A stretch of DNA of 52,802 nucleotides from Candidatus Magasanikiibacteriota bacterium. Its GTDB lineage: Bacteria > Patescibacteriota > Patescibacteriia > Magasanikbacterales > UBA922. This document shows, in pieces, positions 1 through 10,322 of this stretch. Both the position numbers and the translations under genes were made by a program. Positions within the stretch are counted from its first letter, which is position 1. Each line of letters opens with the position of its first letter. The notes beneath the pieces were generated by a model, which saw only the letters and a list, made by a program, of their open reading frames with translations, ran no database searches and had not been told where the DNA came from. The stretch spans positions 1 to 52,802 of the forward strand of contig JABJHO010000051.1 in NCBI GenBank assembly GCA_018661775.1, given 5' to 3'.

Positions 1-159
1 ACCTCTTATGCAATGAGTTCACAAATTTCCCCGAAGTTTTTACGACCCTTTTTTGCAATTTTTGCAATATTGTTGGATACTATAATAGTAAAGTACAAAA
101 AGAGTCAAAAATTTTGTTATCCACTTGGGTATTTATATATAATGAAAAAACAATAGCGT

Positions 160-1500
160 ATGCTTTCTAAGTTAAAAAAAATACCAAGTAGAAAAATTTT
201 AAAGTATATCTTGATAAGTTCTTTTGTTTTGTCTATCGCTTATTCTTTTTATTTTAGAATTAATCCTGTGGTGGACGCAAATGCTTATGATAGGATTGCT
301 GTAAATATAGTGGAAGGCTTTGGTTTTATAGAAGATAGAACTGTTAGCTTTGAGTATGATAAGTCAATTGTAAGGGCTGGTCCTGGTTATGAATATTTTT
401 TAGCCGGTGTATATTTTGTATTTGGGCATAATTATGAGATAGTTTGGGTTTTACAGGCTGTGTTACATGTACTGTCTGCGTATATAATTTTTTTAATCGC
501 AAAACAGTTGTTTAAAGATAGTGGAGAAAACATTGGTATTGTTTCTGCTGCTATTTTTGCGTTTAGTCCAGACTTAATAGAAATTTCTGCAATGCTAATG
601 ACAGAAACGCTGTATCTATTTTTTACGATATTAATTTTTTATTTATTTGTTAGGATTTATCAGGATGCCGGTAGTAAACCACTTACTGTGGTTACCGGTA
701 TTTCTATGGGTGCTGCAATATTAATGCGTCCGCCATTATTACTTTTTATCCCTGTATTTTTAGTTCTGTATCTTTATAGAAAACAGTATTCTTCGTCTAT
801 GTTATTTTTGGGGTCTACTGGTCTTATTATCTTACCTTGGGTTATTAGGAATTATACTATATATGATCAATTTATTTTAACCACCATGATAGCAGAATAT
901 AATTTATGGGTAGGGAATACACTATTGTCGGAAGGTGGTCAGATAGCAGGCGGTTTTAATGTTTTAGAAGATTATGTATCAAAAAATGGTTTTTTTGGAT
1001 TAAAACAAAAAGCACAAATGGAATTTTTTACTTTTATTTTTACACACCCGTTTGTATTTATAAAGCTTACGTTTATTAGATTCATTAGGTATTTTAGTTT
1101 AATCCGCCCAATGGGTTTTTGGTTTTATCAGGTTGGTATAGGGCAAATGATTATGGTAACTTCTTCTTTGTTATGGATTGCATTTTTATTTGTTACTGGT
1201 TTTTCCGGGATGGTTTCTCTGCTTTTAAAGAAAAATAAAATATTTTGCTATCTTACAGTTTTAGCACTTACTTCACCACTTGTTCTTTTGCCTACTGTTG
1301 TGCAGTCAAGATATCGGTTTCAAATTTATCCATTTTTATGTATTTTTGCTGGATATTTCTTGGTTGTTTTTATAAAAGAAAAAAAATGGTGGAAAAAGAA
1401 AGAATTTTTTATACCAACTTTATTTTTAGTGGTGGTAAGCTTGATAGATGTGTCTTTTAGCCTTGATAAGGTTCTGGAGAGAGTTGGTAGATTATTTTAA
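160..1500 (+). CDS. GT-C fold membrane glycosyltransferase (ArnT/PMT, GT39/GT83-like)
   Basis: 446-aa ORF with many hydrophobic segments. The N-terminal loop and layout look like ArnT/PMT-type enzymes ('DANAYDRIAVNIVEGFGF', 'GPGYEYFLAGVYFVFG'). Assigned by eye only. Confidence 0.6.
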   Translation: MLSKLKKIPSRKILKYILISSFVLSIAYSFYFRINPVVDANAYDRIAVNIVEGFGFIEDRTVSFEYDKSIVRAGPGYEYFLAGVYFVFGHNYEIVWVLQAVLHVLSAYIIFLIAKQLFKDSGENIGIVSAAIFAFSPDLIEISAMLMTETLYLFFTILIFYLFVRIYQDAGSKPLTVVTGISMGAAILMRPPLLLFIPVFLVLYLYRKQYSSSMLFLGSTGLIILPWVIRNYTIYDQFILTTMIAEYNLWVGNTLLSEGGQIAGGFNVLEDYVSKNGFFGLKQKAQMEFFTFIFTHPFVFIKLTFIRFIRYFSLIRPMGFWFYQVGIGQMIMVTSSLLWIAFLFVTGFSGMVSLLLKKNKIFCYLTVLALTSPLVLLPTVVQSRYRFQIYPFLCIFAGYFLVVFIKEKKWWKKKEFFIPTLFLVVVSLIDVSFSLDKVLERVGRLF

Positions 1501-1509
1501 ATTATTTTT

Positions 1510-2634
1510 ATGAAATCATTAGTATATCTTGCGAATGTTCGTATGCCTACTGAAAAAGCACACGGCATTCAAATTATGAAAACATGCGAGTCTCTGGCTG
1601 TGCGTGGTTTGAGAGTTGTCTTGGTAGTCCCTGAAAGAAAAAATTCTCACAAAGAAACTCCTTTCAATTTTTACAATGTAGAGGAGAATTTTTCTATTAT
1701 TCGAAGTTGGTGTATTGATTTTATAGGTTCACCTGTGTGTAAAAAATTTTTCTACAATCTTGAGACATACACATTCTATCATTCAGTCAAAGCTTTTACT
1801 AAAAAAGAGTCTTTTGACATTTTTTTTACCCGTGACTTATATTTAGCATTAAAATTTTCAAAATTTAATAAAAATGTTTTTTTTGAGATACATAGTTTAC
1901 CAGATAAGCCAACAAATAAATACAAGAAAACATGGAAACAGGTAAAGGGAATTGTGGTGATAAGTCAGGGTATAAAAGATGATTTAATCAAGTTTGGGGT
2001 AGACGAAAAAAAGATAACAATAGCACGTGATGCGGTTGATATTGGGAAATTTTCTGTAAAAGAGGAAAAACTTGAATCAAGAAAAAGGCTCGGGTTACCA
2101 AAAGATAAAAACATCGCTCTCTATGCGGGGCATTTGTATGGTTGGAAAGGCGCACATATCTTTGCACAGGCTGCAGATAAATTACCAAATACAGAGTTTT
2201 ATGTTGTGGGGGGTACAGAGGGTGATTTGGTGAAGTTCAAGAAAAAATATAATTACAAAAATTTGCATTACGCAGGGTGGCAGAGACATGATAAAATTCC
2301 TGTATGGTTAAATGCGGTGAATGTGTTAGTATTACCAAATTGTGGTAGTGAAAAGATTACTACACATTACACGTCTCCAATGAAGATGTTTGAGTATATG
2401 GCATCTGGAACACCTATTGTGGCATCTGATTTGCCATCAATTAGAGAAGTGTTATCTAAAAGAAATGCACTATTGGTCAAGGCAGGGGGTGTAGAAGGTC
2501 TAGCGGAAGGAATTGAAAAAATCTTGACAGACGTACCTCTATCTCATAAACTAGCAAAACAGGCCAAAAAAGATGTTACTGATTTTAGTTGGGAAGGGAG
2601 GTTAAATGAAACAATAAAACATATAATAATTTAA
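1510..2634 (+). CDS. GT4-family (GT-B) glycosyltransferase
   Basis: 374 aa. The C-terminal half has the GT4/GT1 signature 'SPMKMFEYMASGTPIVASDLPSIREVL' (EX7E-type region). ATG lies 10 nt after the upstream stop. Confidence 0.75.
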   Translation: MKSLVYLANVRMPTEKAHGIQIMKTCESLAVRGLRVVLVVPERKNSHKETPFNFYNVEENFSIIRSWCIDFIGSPVCKKFFYNLETYTFYHSVKAFTKKESFDIFFTRDLYLALKFSKFNKNVFFEIHSLPDKPTNKYKKTWKQVKGIVVISQGIKDDLIKFGVDEKKITIARDAVDIGKFSVKEEKLESRKRLGLPKDKNIALYAGHLYGWKGAHIFAQAADKLPNTEFYVVGGTEGDLVKFKKKYNYKNLHYAGWQRHDKIPVWLNAVNVLVLPNCGSEKITTHYTSPMKMFEYMASGTPIVASDLPSIREVLSKRNALLVKAGGVEGLAEGIEKILTDVPLSHKLAKQAKKDVTDFSWEGRLNETIKHIII

Positions 2635-2637
2635 GAT

Positions 2638-3363
2638 ATGATAAAGAAATTATTCTGGAAAATAAAAGAAGATTTGAAAAAAATATTTTATTATCCTGTT
2701 TGTAGTTTTGGTCCAAATTTATCACAAGATCACAAAGGATATTGGAAATTACGAAGAACGGGCGATGCTCCAGTGTTGTCTCACTGGCAAAAGCAGCGAG
2801 CTGATTTTGTGCTTGGTCTCATAAAACCGAACTCAACAGTTTTAGATATTGGCTGTGGAGATGGTGCGGTGTTACAGTATCTAAAGGATAATGCTGGGGT
2901 ATACGGAATAGGTGCGGACATAGACGATAAGTCTGTTGAGCTGGTTAGGTCACTTGGTCTTGAGGCTATTAAAATGGATGTAACAGACTTAAATAGATTG
3001 AACGAATTACCAGAAGTAGATTACATAACAGGATTTGAAGTGATAGAGCACATGCCAAATCCAGAGCAATTCATTTATCTTCTAAAAGAAAAAGCAAGAG
3101 AAGGGTTTATTTTTTCAGTCCCAAATACAGGGTATTATACTCACAGGTTGCGTATGCTTTTCGGAATGTTCCCATTGCAGTGGATTGCTCACCCGGGAGA
3201 GCATCTTAGGTTTTGGACAGTTAGGGATGTAAAGTTTTGGGTGAAGTCTGTTGGTTTTGAGATGAAGAATTTAATTTTGTATGAGGGGTTGCCCATCTTG
3301 AACAAAATCTGGCCGTCAATGTATGCACAGGGAATAATAATACACATAAAAAACAAGGACTAA
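2638..3363 (+). CDS. Class I SAM-dependent methyltransferase (MetW-like layout)
   Basis: SAM-binding motif I 'VLDIGCGDGAVLQYL', followed by 'FEVIEHMPNPEQF' and 'FSVPNTGY'. Confidence 0.7.
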   Translation: MIKKLFWKIKEDLKKIFYYPVCSFGPNLSQDHKGYWKLRRTGDAPVLSHWQKQRADFVLGLIKPNSTVLDIGCGDGAVLQYLKDNAGVYGIGADIDDKSVELVRSLGLEAIKMDVTDLNRLNELPEVDYITGFEVIEHMPNPEQFIYLLKEKAREGFIFSVPNTGYYTHRLRMLFGMFPLQWIAHPGEHLRFWTVRDVKFWVKSVGFEMKNLILYEGLPILNKIWPSMYAQGIIIHIKNKD

Positions 3364-4070
3364 ACCCCTGTTTTTCTTTTTTGCCATTTTTTTAACCTCC
3401 AGAGGTGTTTTAAGTATTGTCCAATTATCTTTCCATTCATTTTACTACGCCCAACTGAGCGATTGCGAAACATGTATGGCACTTCAATGAAATTTTTATA
3501 TTTTCCCTTTACTAGGATTTCTAAAAGTATTTTGTAGCCGATTGGGCTTAGTTTTACCCCTTCAATTACACTGCGATGGATTAAGAAAAATCCACCCATA
3601 GGATCTCGTGATTGTATTCCTAAAAATCTTACAAGCGAGGTTGCAAGCATTGATGTTAATTTTCTGTGAATTGGCCACTTTTCTGCGCCACCGCCGGGCA
3701 TATTTCTGCATGGTAGTACAATATCAAAACTTTTTGAATTTTCTATCATTGTTGGTAAAATTGATGGTGTGTGGGATAAGTCTGCATCCATGACACAAAG
3801 CAAATCTGCATCTGTTTCGTTAAAGCCCCGAATCACTGCTGTTGCTAAACCTCTTTCTTTTCTTTCAATCAATTTTATTTTAAATTTTGAGTTATTTAAG
3901 CATTCTTTAACAAAATTTTGTGTTCCATCACTTGAGTTGTCGTCTACTATTACAATTTCAACCCCCAAACATTTATTTGTTATTTTATTATGTACTTGTT
4001 TAAATTCATCAAAAAGCAGTGGTAGTGATTCACGTTCATTCAGGGTCGGTATTATTATTGCAATTTTCAT
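3360..4070 (-). CDS. GT2 polyprenol-phosphate sugar synthase (Dpm1/ArnC/GtrB-like)
   Basis: 'MKIAIIIPTLNERESL', 'VIVDDNSSDGT' and 'VMDADLSH' are typical of dolichol/undecaprenol-phosphate glycosyltransferases. The track ORF starts at a GTG (4079). I prefer the ATG at 4070, which forms an ATGA overlap with the upstream stop. Confidence 0.75.
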   Translation of the reverse strand: MKIAIIIPTLNERESLPLLFDEFKQVHNKITNKCLGVEIVIVDDNSSDGTQNFVKECLNNSKFKIKLIERKERGLATAVIRGFNETDADLLCVMDADLSHTPSILPTMIENSKSFDIVLPCRNMPGGGAEKWPIHRKLTSMLATSLVRFLGIQSRDPMGGFFLIHRSVIEGVKLSPIGYKILLEILVKGKYKNFIEVPYMFRNRSVGRSKMNGKIIGQYLKHLWRLKKWQKRKTGV

Positions 4071-5500
4071 AAATGACACATTTGTTTTATTTGGTAGAAT
4101 TCATAACTTCCTATTTTTTCCTTTAATTCGTAAAATTCCATATTCTGATAAAGAGGGTTAAGTTCATTATCTCGTAGTATTATTTTATTATACATGTTTT
4201 GTTTGGTAAATTCTAACTGTTCTTTTCCTAGCTTTATTTTTTGGTTTATTTCTAGGTATTGATAATAATGGTGACTGTTAAGCCGAGCTGTTAATTCAGG
4301 CGTGTTTACTAGAAGTACATTATCTTTTTCTTCCACCCAATCATTCATAAATTTTGTTCCATGATCAATACTGCTTTCATGGCAACTCATGTCAGTTTTG
4401 AAAAGATGAAAGCCTTGTATGGTTATTAAAACTAACACTGCTCCGGTAGAAAATTTATATGCGTTTTGTTTATGTTTTGTTTGTAATAATGTGTCTAAAC
4501 TGTGAACAAAGGTAAAAATTAACCATATATGCGCCATAAAAAAATAACGATACCAGCCAGGCGTCCGTAAGTAGGATAAAAAAGTAAATACAATAAAAAA
4601 ATATATTATTATCTTTGTTCCACTTATTTTTTTGTATTGTTTAAAGTGTAATATGACTGCAGCAATTAAAAAAAGTAAAAGAATTGTAAAATGGATTGGA
4701 GTTGATTCTGTAAAAAAACGAAATAAATTTTGTATGATTAATTCTGATATATTGTCTTTTGCATATGGGTTGCTATAGTGTGCTAAGGCGCTCCTGAAAG
4801 CATTAATTGAGTTGAATTGGGTATAAAACCACCAGAAGAAAGGAATTAGTCCGGATACTATAAATAAGGAGACCTGACTTATCTTCTTTTTTATTTTTTT
4901 CTTAGAAATAAATAGAGTTAGCAGGATGCCGCCACCTAAGACTAAAAAATTTGGCTTTGTGGCTGCAGCCAGACCGAAGTTTAATCCAGCTAAGATTGCA
5001 TGTTTTTTGTGCTGGAAATTTTCTTTTTCCCAATAAAAAAATGATAATAGTCCGGCTGTCATAAAGAATAACCCTGGAATATCACCTAATAAGTTTCTTC
5101 CATTACCATATAGTGGTGCAAAAAATATTAATAAAAAAGTAGAAAGGGTGGCAATTTTTTTATTATACAGAGACTTGTTAAGAAAAAAGAAGGTGATTAT
5201 AAACAGTAAGAGGAAAAATACAGCAACATATCTTGCCTGAATGAATCCAACACCAAGCACTTTGTAAAAAACAGCTGTGGTGTAGAAAACAGGGTAGCCA
5301 ACACTTATAATAGTAAGTGGCTCAAAAACCCCCGGTGCAGTTTGGACTGCCATTTTGTTTTGTGCTGCAAAATTATTAGCTATTTGTATATATATACCCT
5401 CATCAAACCAACTGGATGGATTGTGTTGTAGACAGTACGTTGTTAAATATATCCCTAATAAAATTAGTAGTAATGTGGGCAATATTTTTATTTTTTGCAT
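4067..5500 (-). CDS. GT-C fold membrane glycosyltransferase (ArnT/PMT-like), second copy
   Basis: 477 aa and highly hydrophobic. It has an acidic first-loop motif 'WFDEGIYIQIANNF' like the DE/DxD loop of GT-C enzymes, and a soluble C-terminal ~130 aa. Confidence 0.6.
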   Translation of the reverse strand: MQKIKILPTLLLILLGIYLTTYCLQHNPSSWFDEGIYIQIANNFAAQNKMAVQTAPGVFEPLTIISVGYPVFYTTAVFYKVLGVGFIQARYVAVFFLLLFIITFFFLNKSLYNKKIATLSTFLLIFFAPLYGNGRNLLGDIPGLFFMTAGLLSFFYWEKENFQHKKHAILAGLNFGLAAATKPNFLVLGGGILLTLFISKKKIKKKISQVSLFIVSGLIPFFWWFYTQFNSINAFRSALAHYSNPYAKDNISELIIQNLFRFFTESTPIHFTILLLFLIAAVILHFKQYKKISGTKIIIYFFIVFTFLSYLRTPGWYRYFFMAHIWLIFTFVHSLDTLLQTKHKQNAYKFSTGAVLVLITIQGFHLFKTDMSCHESSIDHGTKFMNDWVEEKDNVLLVNTPELTARLNSHHYYQYLEINQKIKLGKEQLEFTKQNMYNKIILRDNELNPLYQNMEFYELKEKIGSYEFYQIKQMCHL

Positions 5501-5502
5501 AC

Positions 5503-6999
5503 CTATTCCTGTAATTTTTGATAAACTAGAGCAGCAAAATCCTTTATTCCTTGATCATTTTTTACTTTTTCAAAATCTTCGTACCAAAGCTTAAAATGTT
5601 TAAATTCAAATGAATCATCAAGTACTGCTTCTACAAATTTTATCATTTCTTTTTTATCATATACAAATTCGTTAAGCTGTTGTTTTACTATTGTAGGTAA
5701 ATTTTCTATATTTTTTATTCTTATAACAGATGAAAGGTTGTTAAAAAAGACTTCACCAAAAGTTATTACTGGTTTACCTAACAAGCAGGCTTCCCAGCCT
5801 AGAGTTCCTGTTATTGTGGTTACAAGTTTAGCATTTTTAACAATTTCATGACTTTTAGTACCAAAGCCAATTAATTTTACATTAGGTATTTTTGTTAATT
5901 CTTTATAAAATGATATTGGTCTTTTATTTTTCATTGAGGGGTGTTCGTTTACGTATAGTTTGTAATGTAACGGAAGCGACCTCGCAATTTGCCTAATTAA
6001 AGCAATTTGATCAAAATAAAAAGGAGATAATAAAAGCAGGGCTAATTCAGGCTCATAATGAAGTGGGAAGAATACGTAATCTTCATTGTAGTTTGGTTTA
6101 CTACATAATTTAGAAATACCTTTTATTCCACGGTATTTTCTTTTTAATTGATAAAGAATAAATAATAAGGGGTTTTGGTCAGTTTCGCCGTAAGTAAAAA
6201 AAATTTTATTTTTAGAATAATTTGAATATAGAATCTTTAAATATTTTATTGATCTTATTATATTTTTGATTTTAAAAAGATTGTGCAACTTAGGTTGTAT
6301 TTTTTTATTTAATTCATGATATTCCAGTTGTAGAGACCCTGTTTTTTTATAATTGTCAATAAATTCTATAGCTTCTTCTTTTAATTTGCTATCACCTTCA
6401 TTTTTAAGTTGTTCAAATTTTTTTATAACCCCTGTCAATGTATTGTAATTTTCAGATATACATACTTGACTGCCAATTCTAGGATAATCAACATTGTATG
6501 TCTTTATCCCTAATTTTTTTGCAACATGATATATTATCAAGTGCCCAAGGGTTCCGATTGCAAAAAAAATAATAAAATCCGGCTTACTTTCTTTTAGCAT
6601 TTTTTCTATAGATTTAGCACGGACTTGGAATATTAATAGTAGTGTTTCGTGATCGTGCATAGGGTCTATTTCTGCTGTTGTTTCTTCCTTTGGCCCTATG
6701 GACATCATTAGTTTTCTGTCTGTGTACAAATAAGACCATAGGTGCGGCTCTGAATATTCATCTTCAAATCTTCTTATATATTCAAGATCAATATCTTCTT
6801 TTTTGTAATTTTCATGAAGCTCGTGATCCACTAAAACAGGGTCATATTTTATATCATCTTGTGATTGGATAAATTCTTTTGCTCCTGGTGAAAAAATATA
6901 TGCACAAAATTTGCTCACACCATGTTTTTTCTTTAACTCAAGTGCAATTGCGTGACCAAATTTGGCATATTGATTTTGAAGCACTATACACCCTTTCAT
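5503..6999 (-). CDS. Capsule_synth (KpsC/KpsS)-like glycosyltransferase; candidate CMP-ulosonate transferase
   Basis: 498 aa, soluble. 'YVFFPLHYEPELALL', 'LYVNEHPSMKNKRP' (HP motif) and 'TITGTLGWEACLLGKPVITFG' resemble the KpsS/KpsC capsule family. Weak, by-eye assignment. Confidence 0.4.
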   Translation of the reverse strand: MKGCIVLQNQYAKFGHAIALELKKKHGVSKFCAYIFSPGAKEFIQSQDDIKYDPVLVDHELHENYKKEDIDLEYIRRFEDEYSEPHLWSYLYTDRKLMMSIGPKEETTAEIDPMHDHETLLLIFQVRAKSIEKMLKESKPDFIIFFAIGTLGHLIIYHVAKKLGIKTYNVDYPRIGSQVCISENYNTLTGVIKKFEQLKNEGDSKLKEEAIEFIDNYKKTGSLQLEYHELNKKIQPKLHNLFKIKNIIRSIKYLKILYSNYSKNKIFFTYGETDQNPLLFILYQLKRKYRGIKGISKLCSKPNYNEDYVFFPLHYEPELALLLLSPFYFDQIALIRQIARSLPLHYKLYVNEHPSMKNKRPISFYKELTKIPNVKLIGFGTKSHEIVKNAKLVTTITGTLGWEACLLGKPVITFGEVFFNNLSSVIRIKNIENLPTIVKQQLNEFVYDKKEMIKFVEAVLDDSFEFKHFKLWYEDFEKVKNDQGIKDFAALVYQKLQE

Positions 7000-7003
7000 A
7001 TTG

Positions 7004-8761
7004 TTATGCTTTTTTTACTAAATAATTACCAATAGCTAGGGCGTCAAGACTACTAAGTAGGAATGCTTTTATAGCTTCTTTGGGTGAGCATACTATTGGT
7101 TCTCCGTGCATATTGAAACTTGTGTTAATTAAACTTGGAAGCCCTGTTTTATTTTCATATTCCTTTAATACTTGATAATAAACTTTATTATTTTCCTCAC
7201 TTATCAACTGTGGGCGTGCTGTGCCATCAATGTGCACTGCTGCAGGCATGTTATTTTTCATATAATCTGTTACATGCAAGGCGATTGTCATAAATTGAGA
7301 CGTGTAGTAGCTTTTCTTTAAATCCTCCTCTAAGTAGCAGTCAGAGGCTCTTTCCAATAGTGTGACTGGTGCAAATGGCATAAATTCAGTTCGACCTAGT
7401 CGTTTGTTTAGCCAATTATTTACTTTAGGGTCAGTAGCAGGATAAAGGATGGATCTATTTCCCAGTGCTCGTGGACCATACTCCATTCTTCCTTGAAAGA
7501 AGGCTATAACTTTGTTTTGCGCTAAAAGATTTGCGACTGATTTTGATATATCCTCTTCTTTAGTAAACTCTAGATTGTTTTTATTTAGTTCTTTTTCTAT
7601 CTCTTCTTCAGTAAATTCAGGTCCAAAATATACATTATCCAGTTTGAAAGGTTTTAAATTAGAGTTATACTTGCTATAAGTAGATAACGCAGCCCCTAAT
7701 GCCTGCCCTACGTCGCCCATACCAGGGTGTATATATATATCTTCAATATTTAAAGAATTTGTTATTTCCATATTTAATTTTACATTTGCAGTTACTCCAC
7801 CAGCAAGAACAAGGTGTTTAATAGTCTCATTTTTTGTAAAATTATTTAATACCTCAATAATAACCTCTTCTAGTCTTTTTTGAAAAGCGGCAGCAAGATC
7901 TTCTTTGCTAAATTTTTCAAGATCTTTTGGTATTCTTTTGCCATTTTTGTGGTATTCATCTGCATATGTATAAAGTTTTGGAGATGATACTACAGATATA
8001 TTTTTAACAACAAGAAGGGGTTTAATAATTTCATAGCAGGTGTCTGGGTTGCCAAATCCAGCAAGTCCAGTGATTTTACCAGCATGGCATTTCGGATCAA
8101 ATCCCAGAAGTAGTGTTATTAACTCGTAGAAATTTCCAGCACTATGTAGAGTGGGTATCTCATGAATTTTATTCAGTTGTCCGCCGCTTCCACTCCAAAA
8201 ACTCCATGAGTTACTAAAACTAGATCCTTCAATAATTGCTACAAATGCTTCGTTATGTCCAGATGTGTAGTATGCGCTTGCTGCATGGCAAAGGTCATGG
8301 TTTACAAATTTTATTTGTCCAGTAAAATTCTTCTTATAAAAATATTTTATAATTTTCCTTATTCCATTGTTTACATATCTACTCCGTATCAATCCTGATA
8401 TTCCAGTTTGTTTAAGGAATCGACCTCTATCTTTTATTATGCCAGTTGTTAAAAAAGATTTTAAGGATTTTCCGCGTGTGTATACTATCCTTCCCATTTG
8501 ATGCCAAAAAAAGTATAACATTTTTTTTAAACCTGGTTTGAAGCCTGTAAAAGCAATAATGTCTATGTCTGAATAGTTTTTGTTTGAAATGCGCAGCACT
8601 TCTTCTATAGATTTCCATGGTATACTGCCGTCTAATTTTATTCTAGACAACCTCTCTTCATTTATGGCTGCTACAATTTTTCCATTTTCAACAAGCGCGG
8701 CCCCGCTATCGTGTGTATCTACATGAATTCCTAAAGTACATGTGTGTTTACTAAGTTTCAT
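7004..8761 (-). CDS. NodU/CmcH-family carbamoyltransferase
   Basis: 585 aa. N-terminus reads 'LGIHVDTHDSGAALVENGKIVAAINEERLSRIK' and the C-terminus 'NTSFNMHGEPIVCSPKEAIKAF'. Both are hallmark regions of the carbamoyltransferase family. Confidence 0.85.
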   Translation of the reverse strand: MKLSKHTCTLGIHVDTHDSGAALVENGKIVAAINEERLSRIKLDGSIPWKSIEEVLRISNKNYSDIDIIAFTGFKPGLKKMLYFFWHQMGRIVYTRGKSLKSFLTTGIIKDRGRFLKQTGISGLIRSRYVNNGIRKIIKYFYKKNFTGQIKFVNHDLCHAASAYYTSGHNEAFVAIIEGSSFSNSWSFWSGSGGQLNKIHEIPTLHSAGNFYELITLLLGFDPKCHAGKITGLAGFGNPDTCYEIIKPLLVVKNISVVSSPKLYTYADEYHKNGKRIPKDLEKFSKEDLAAAFQKRLEEVIIEVLNNFTKNETIKHLVLAGGVTANVKLNMEITNSLNIEDIYIHPGMGDVGQALGAALSTYSKYNSNLKPFKLDNVYFGPEFTEEEIEKELNKNNLEFTKEEDISKSVANLLAQNKVIAFFQGRMEYGPRALGNRSILYPATDPKVNNWLNKRLGRTEFMPFAPVTLLERASDCYLEEDLKKSYYTSQFMTIALHVTDYMKNNMPAAVHIDGTARPQLISEENNKVYYQVLKEYENKTGLPSLINTSFNMHGEPIVCSPKEAIKAFLLSSLDALAIGNYLVKKA

Positions 8762-8762
8762 A

Positions 8763-10220
8763 TTATTTAATATATTTTTTTAGAAGATTTAATGTTGTGT
8801 AAGGTCCTTGGTTGTACTTTTTACCAATTATGGTAATTAAGTATATGTAAGTTACTCCTAATAATAAAATTATACCTGAAAATGTGATGAGATCTGTTTT
8901 TAGTATAGTATCTTTTAATGCATATATAGGCAACCCTAATAAAAAAGATAATACAAAAGGAATAAGAAAAGATATAAAAAAATCTTTATATAGAATTCCT
9001 GTTTCTTTTACTAAATAATGAAATGATATAAAAAAGATTGGTATTGAGCCTAGTATTAAAGCAAGAGCAGAGCCATTTATTCCAAATTCCCTTGTTAGGA
9101 AGAATAAAAGTAATAGTGTTGTAGGAATTTTAATCATTTCTAATTTTACTTTTTTATCTGGTTTTCCAACTGCGTTAAACACAGCATATGTTATTTCTGT
9201 TATAAGGTTTATGGTAAAGAAAATGAACAATAGTTTAAATACATTTGACATGGGTACCCATTGCTCTCCAATAAGCATGAAAATTAATTTTTGTCCTGCA
9301 AAAATAATCAAGAAAGCTGTAGGTACTGTAAAGAAAAAGAATAAATCAAAGCTTTTTTGCACCCCACCTTTTATTTTTTTAGTTGTGTTTTTTAATTTAG
9401 AGTATGCTGGAAAACTAACAGTATTTATAGTAGAGCTTAAGAAGCCTGGTATTACAGCAGCTAAATTTTTACCCTTACTATAAAGCCCCATAGAATTCAC
9501 ATTTGTTAAATGTCCTATAAGAGTGCTTTCCATGAAACTATACATTTGAGTAAGCCAACTCTGTCCTACAATCCACTTGCTATACCCAAATAAATTTTTT
9601 AAGTTATTAAATTTAAGTGTAAGCTTTGGTCTGTATGGGTGTAATATGTATGTGGAGACTGTTTGCGTTGTGTATAGAGCTAAATTACCAATAATAAGTG
9701 CCCAGTATGATTTAAATACAAGAACCGCTGTAACTGATGTTACTACATAGGCTATTTGTTTTGATATATTTCTTATGAAAATCTTTTTAAAATCTAGGTT
9801 TTTAAATAAATACACTTCGCCAACATTTGATAGGTGTTGTATTATAATAAAAATACCCCCCATTTGAATTGCAAGTGTTGCGTGTTCAACATGAAAAAAA
9901 AGTGCTATTTTTGGTCCAGCAAATATTGTAAAAGTAAATATTATGATGGATTTAAGCACACCAATAGTCCACATAGGGTTTAAATATTGCTTAATATGGC
10001 CTTGTTTCTGGATCGCTGCTGCTGAAAAACCAGTCTCGGTGGCATTTTGTAGAAATTTTGGTACTAAAAGCACAAAGGCAACAATACCGAAATCAGCAGG
10101 GGATAATAGTTTTGCGAGTATAAAAAAAGATATTAAGCCTATTAGCTTTTCTAAAATATATCCAAAAGTTAGCCATTTTCCACTAGTAATAGATTTTCCT
10201 AGAACACCTTCTTTGTTCAT
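8763..10220 (-). CDS. Wzx-type polysaccharide flippase (MOP superfamily)
   Basis: 485 aa with many hydrophobic helices throughout. The N-terminus 'ILEKLIGLISFFILAKLLSPADFGIVAF' is typical of Polysacc_synt proteins. First gene of a minus-strand operon running 10220 to 3360 with gaps of 3 nt or less. Confidence 0.7.
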   Translation of the reverse strand: MNKEGVLGKSITSGKWLTFGYILEKLIGLISFFILAKLLSPADFGIVAFVLLVPKFLQNATETGFSAAAIQKQGHIKQYLNPMWTIGVLKSIIIFTFTIFAGPKIALFFHVEHATLAIQMGGIFIIIQHLSNVGEVYLFKNLDFKKIFIRNISKQIAYVVTSVTAVLVFKSYWALIIGNLALYTTQTVSTYILHPYRPKLTLKFNNLKNLFGYSKWIVGQSWLTQMYSFMESTLIGHLTNVNSMGLYSKGKNLAAVIPGFLSSTINTVSFPAYSKLKNTTKKIKGGVQKSFDLFFFFTVPTAFLIIFAGQKLIFMLIGEQWVPMSNVFKLLFIFFTINLITEITYAVFNAVGKPDKKVKLEMIKIPTTLLLLFFLTREFGINGSALALILGSIPIFFISFHYLVKETGILYKDFFISFLIPFVLSFLLGLPIYALKDTILKTDLITFSGIILLLGVTYIYLITIIGKKYNQGPYTTLNLLKKYIK

Positions 10221-10322
10221 ATACTTGTTTTGGAAGTATAAATAAGGTAATATTAACTTATCAGTAATATAATTTTATCCTTTTTTTAGTAAATTGTCCA
10301 GTCTTAATTAAGTATAATTGTT

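Noticed and set aside
1-156. Frame 1 is open from the window edge to a TAG at 154-156 ('...FFAIFAILLDTIIVKYKK...'). This could be the 3' end of an upstream plus-strand gene.
   Set aside because: Only 51 codons are visible, with no recognisable motif, in AT-rich DNA. It cannot be supported from this window.
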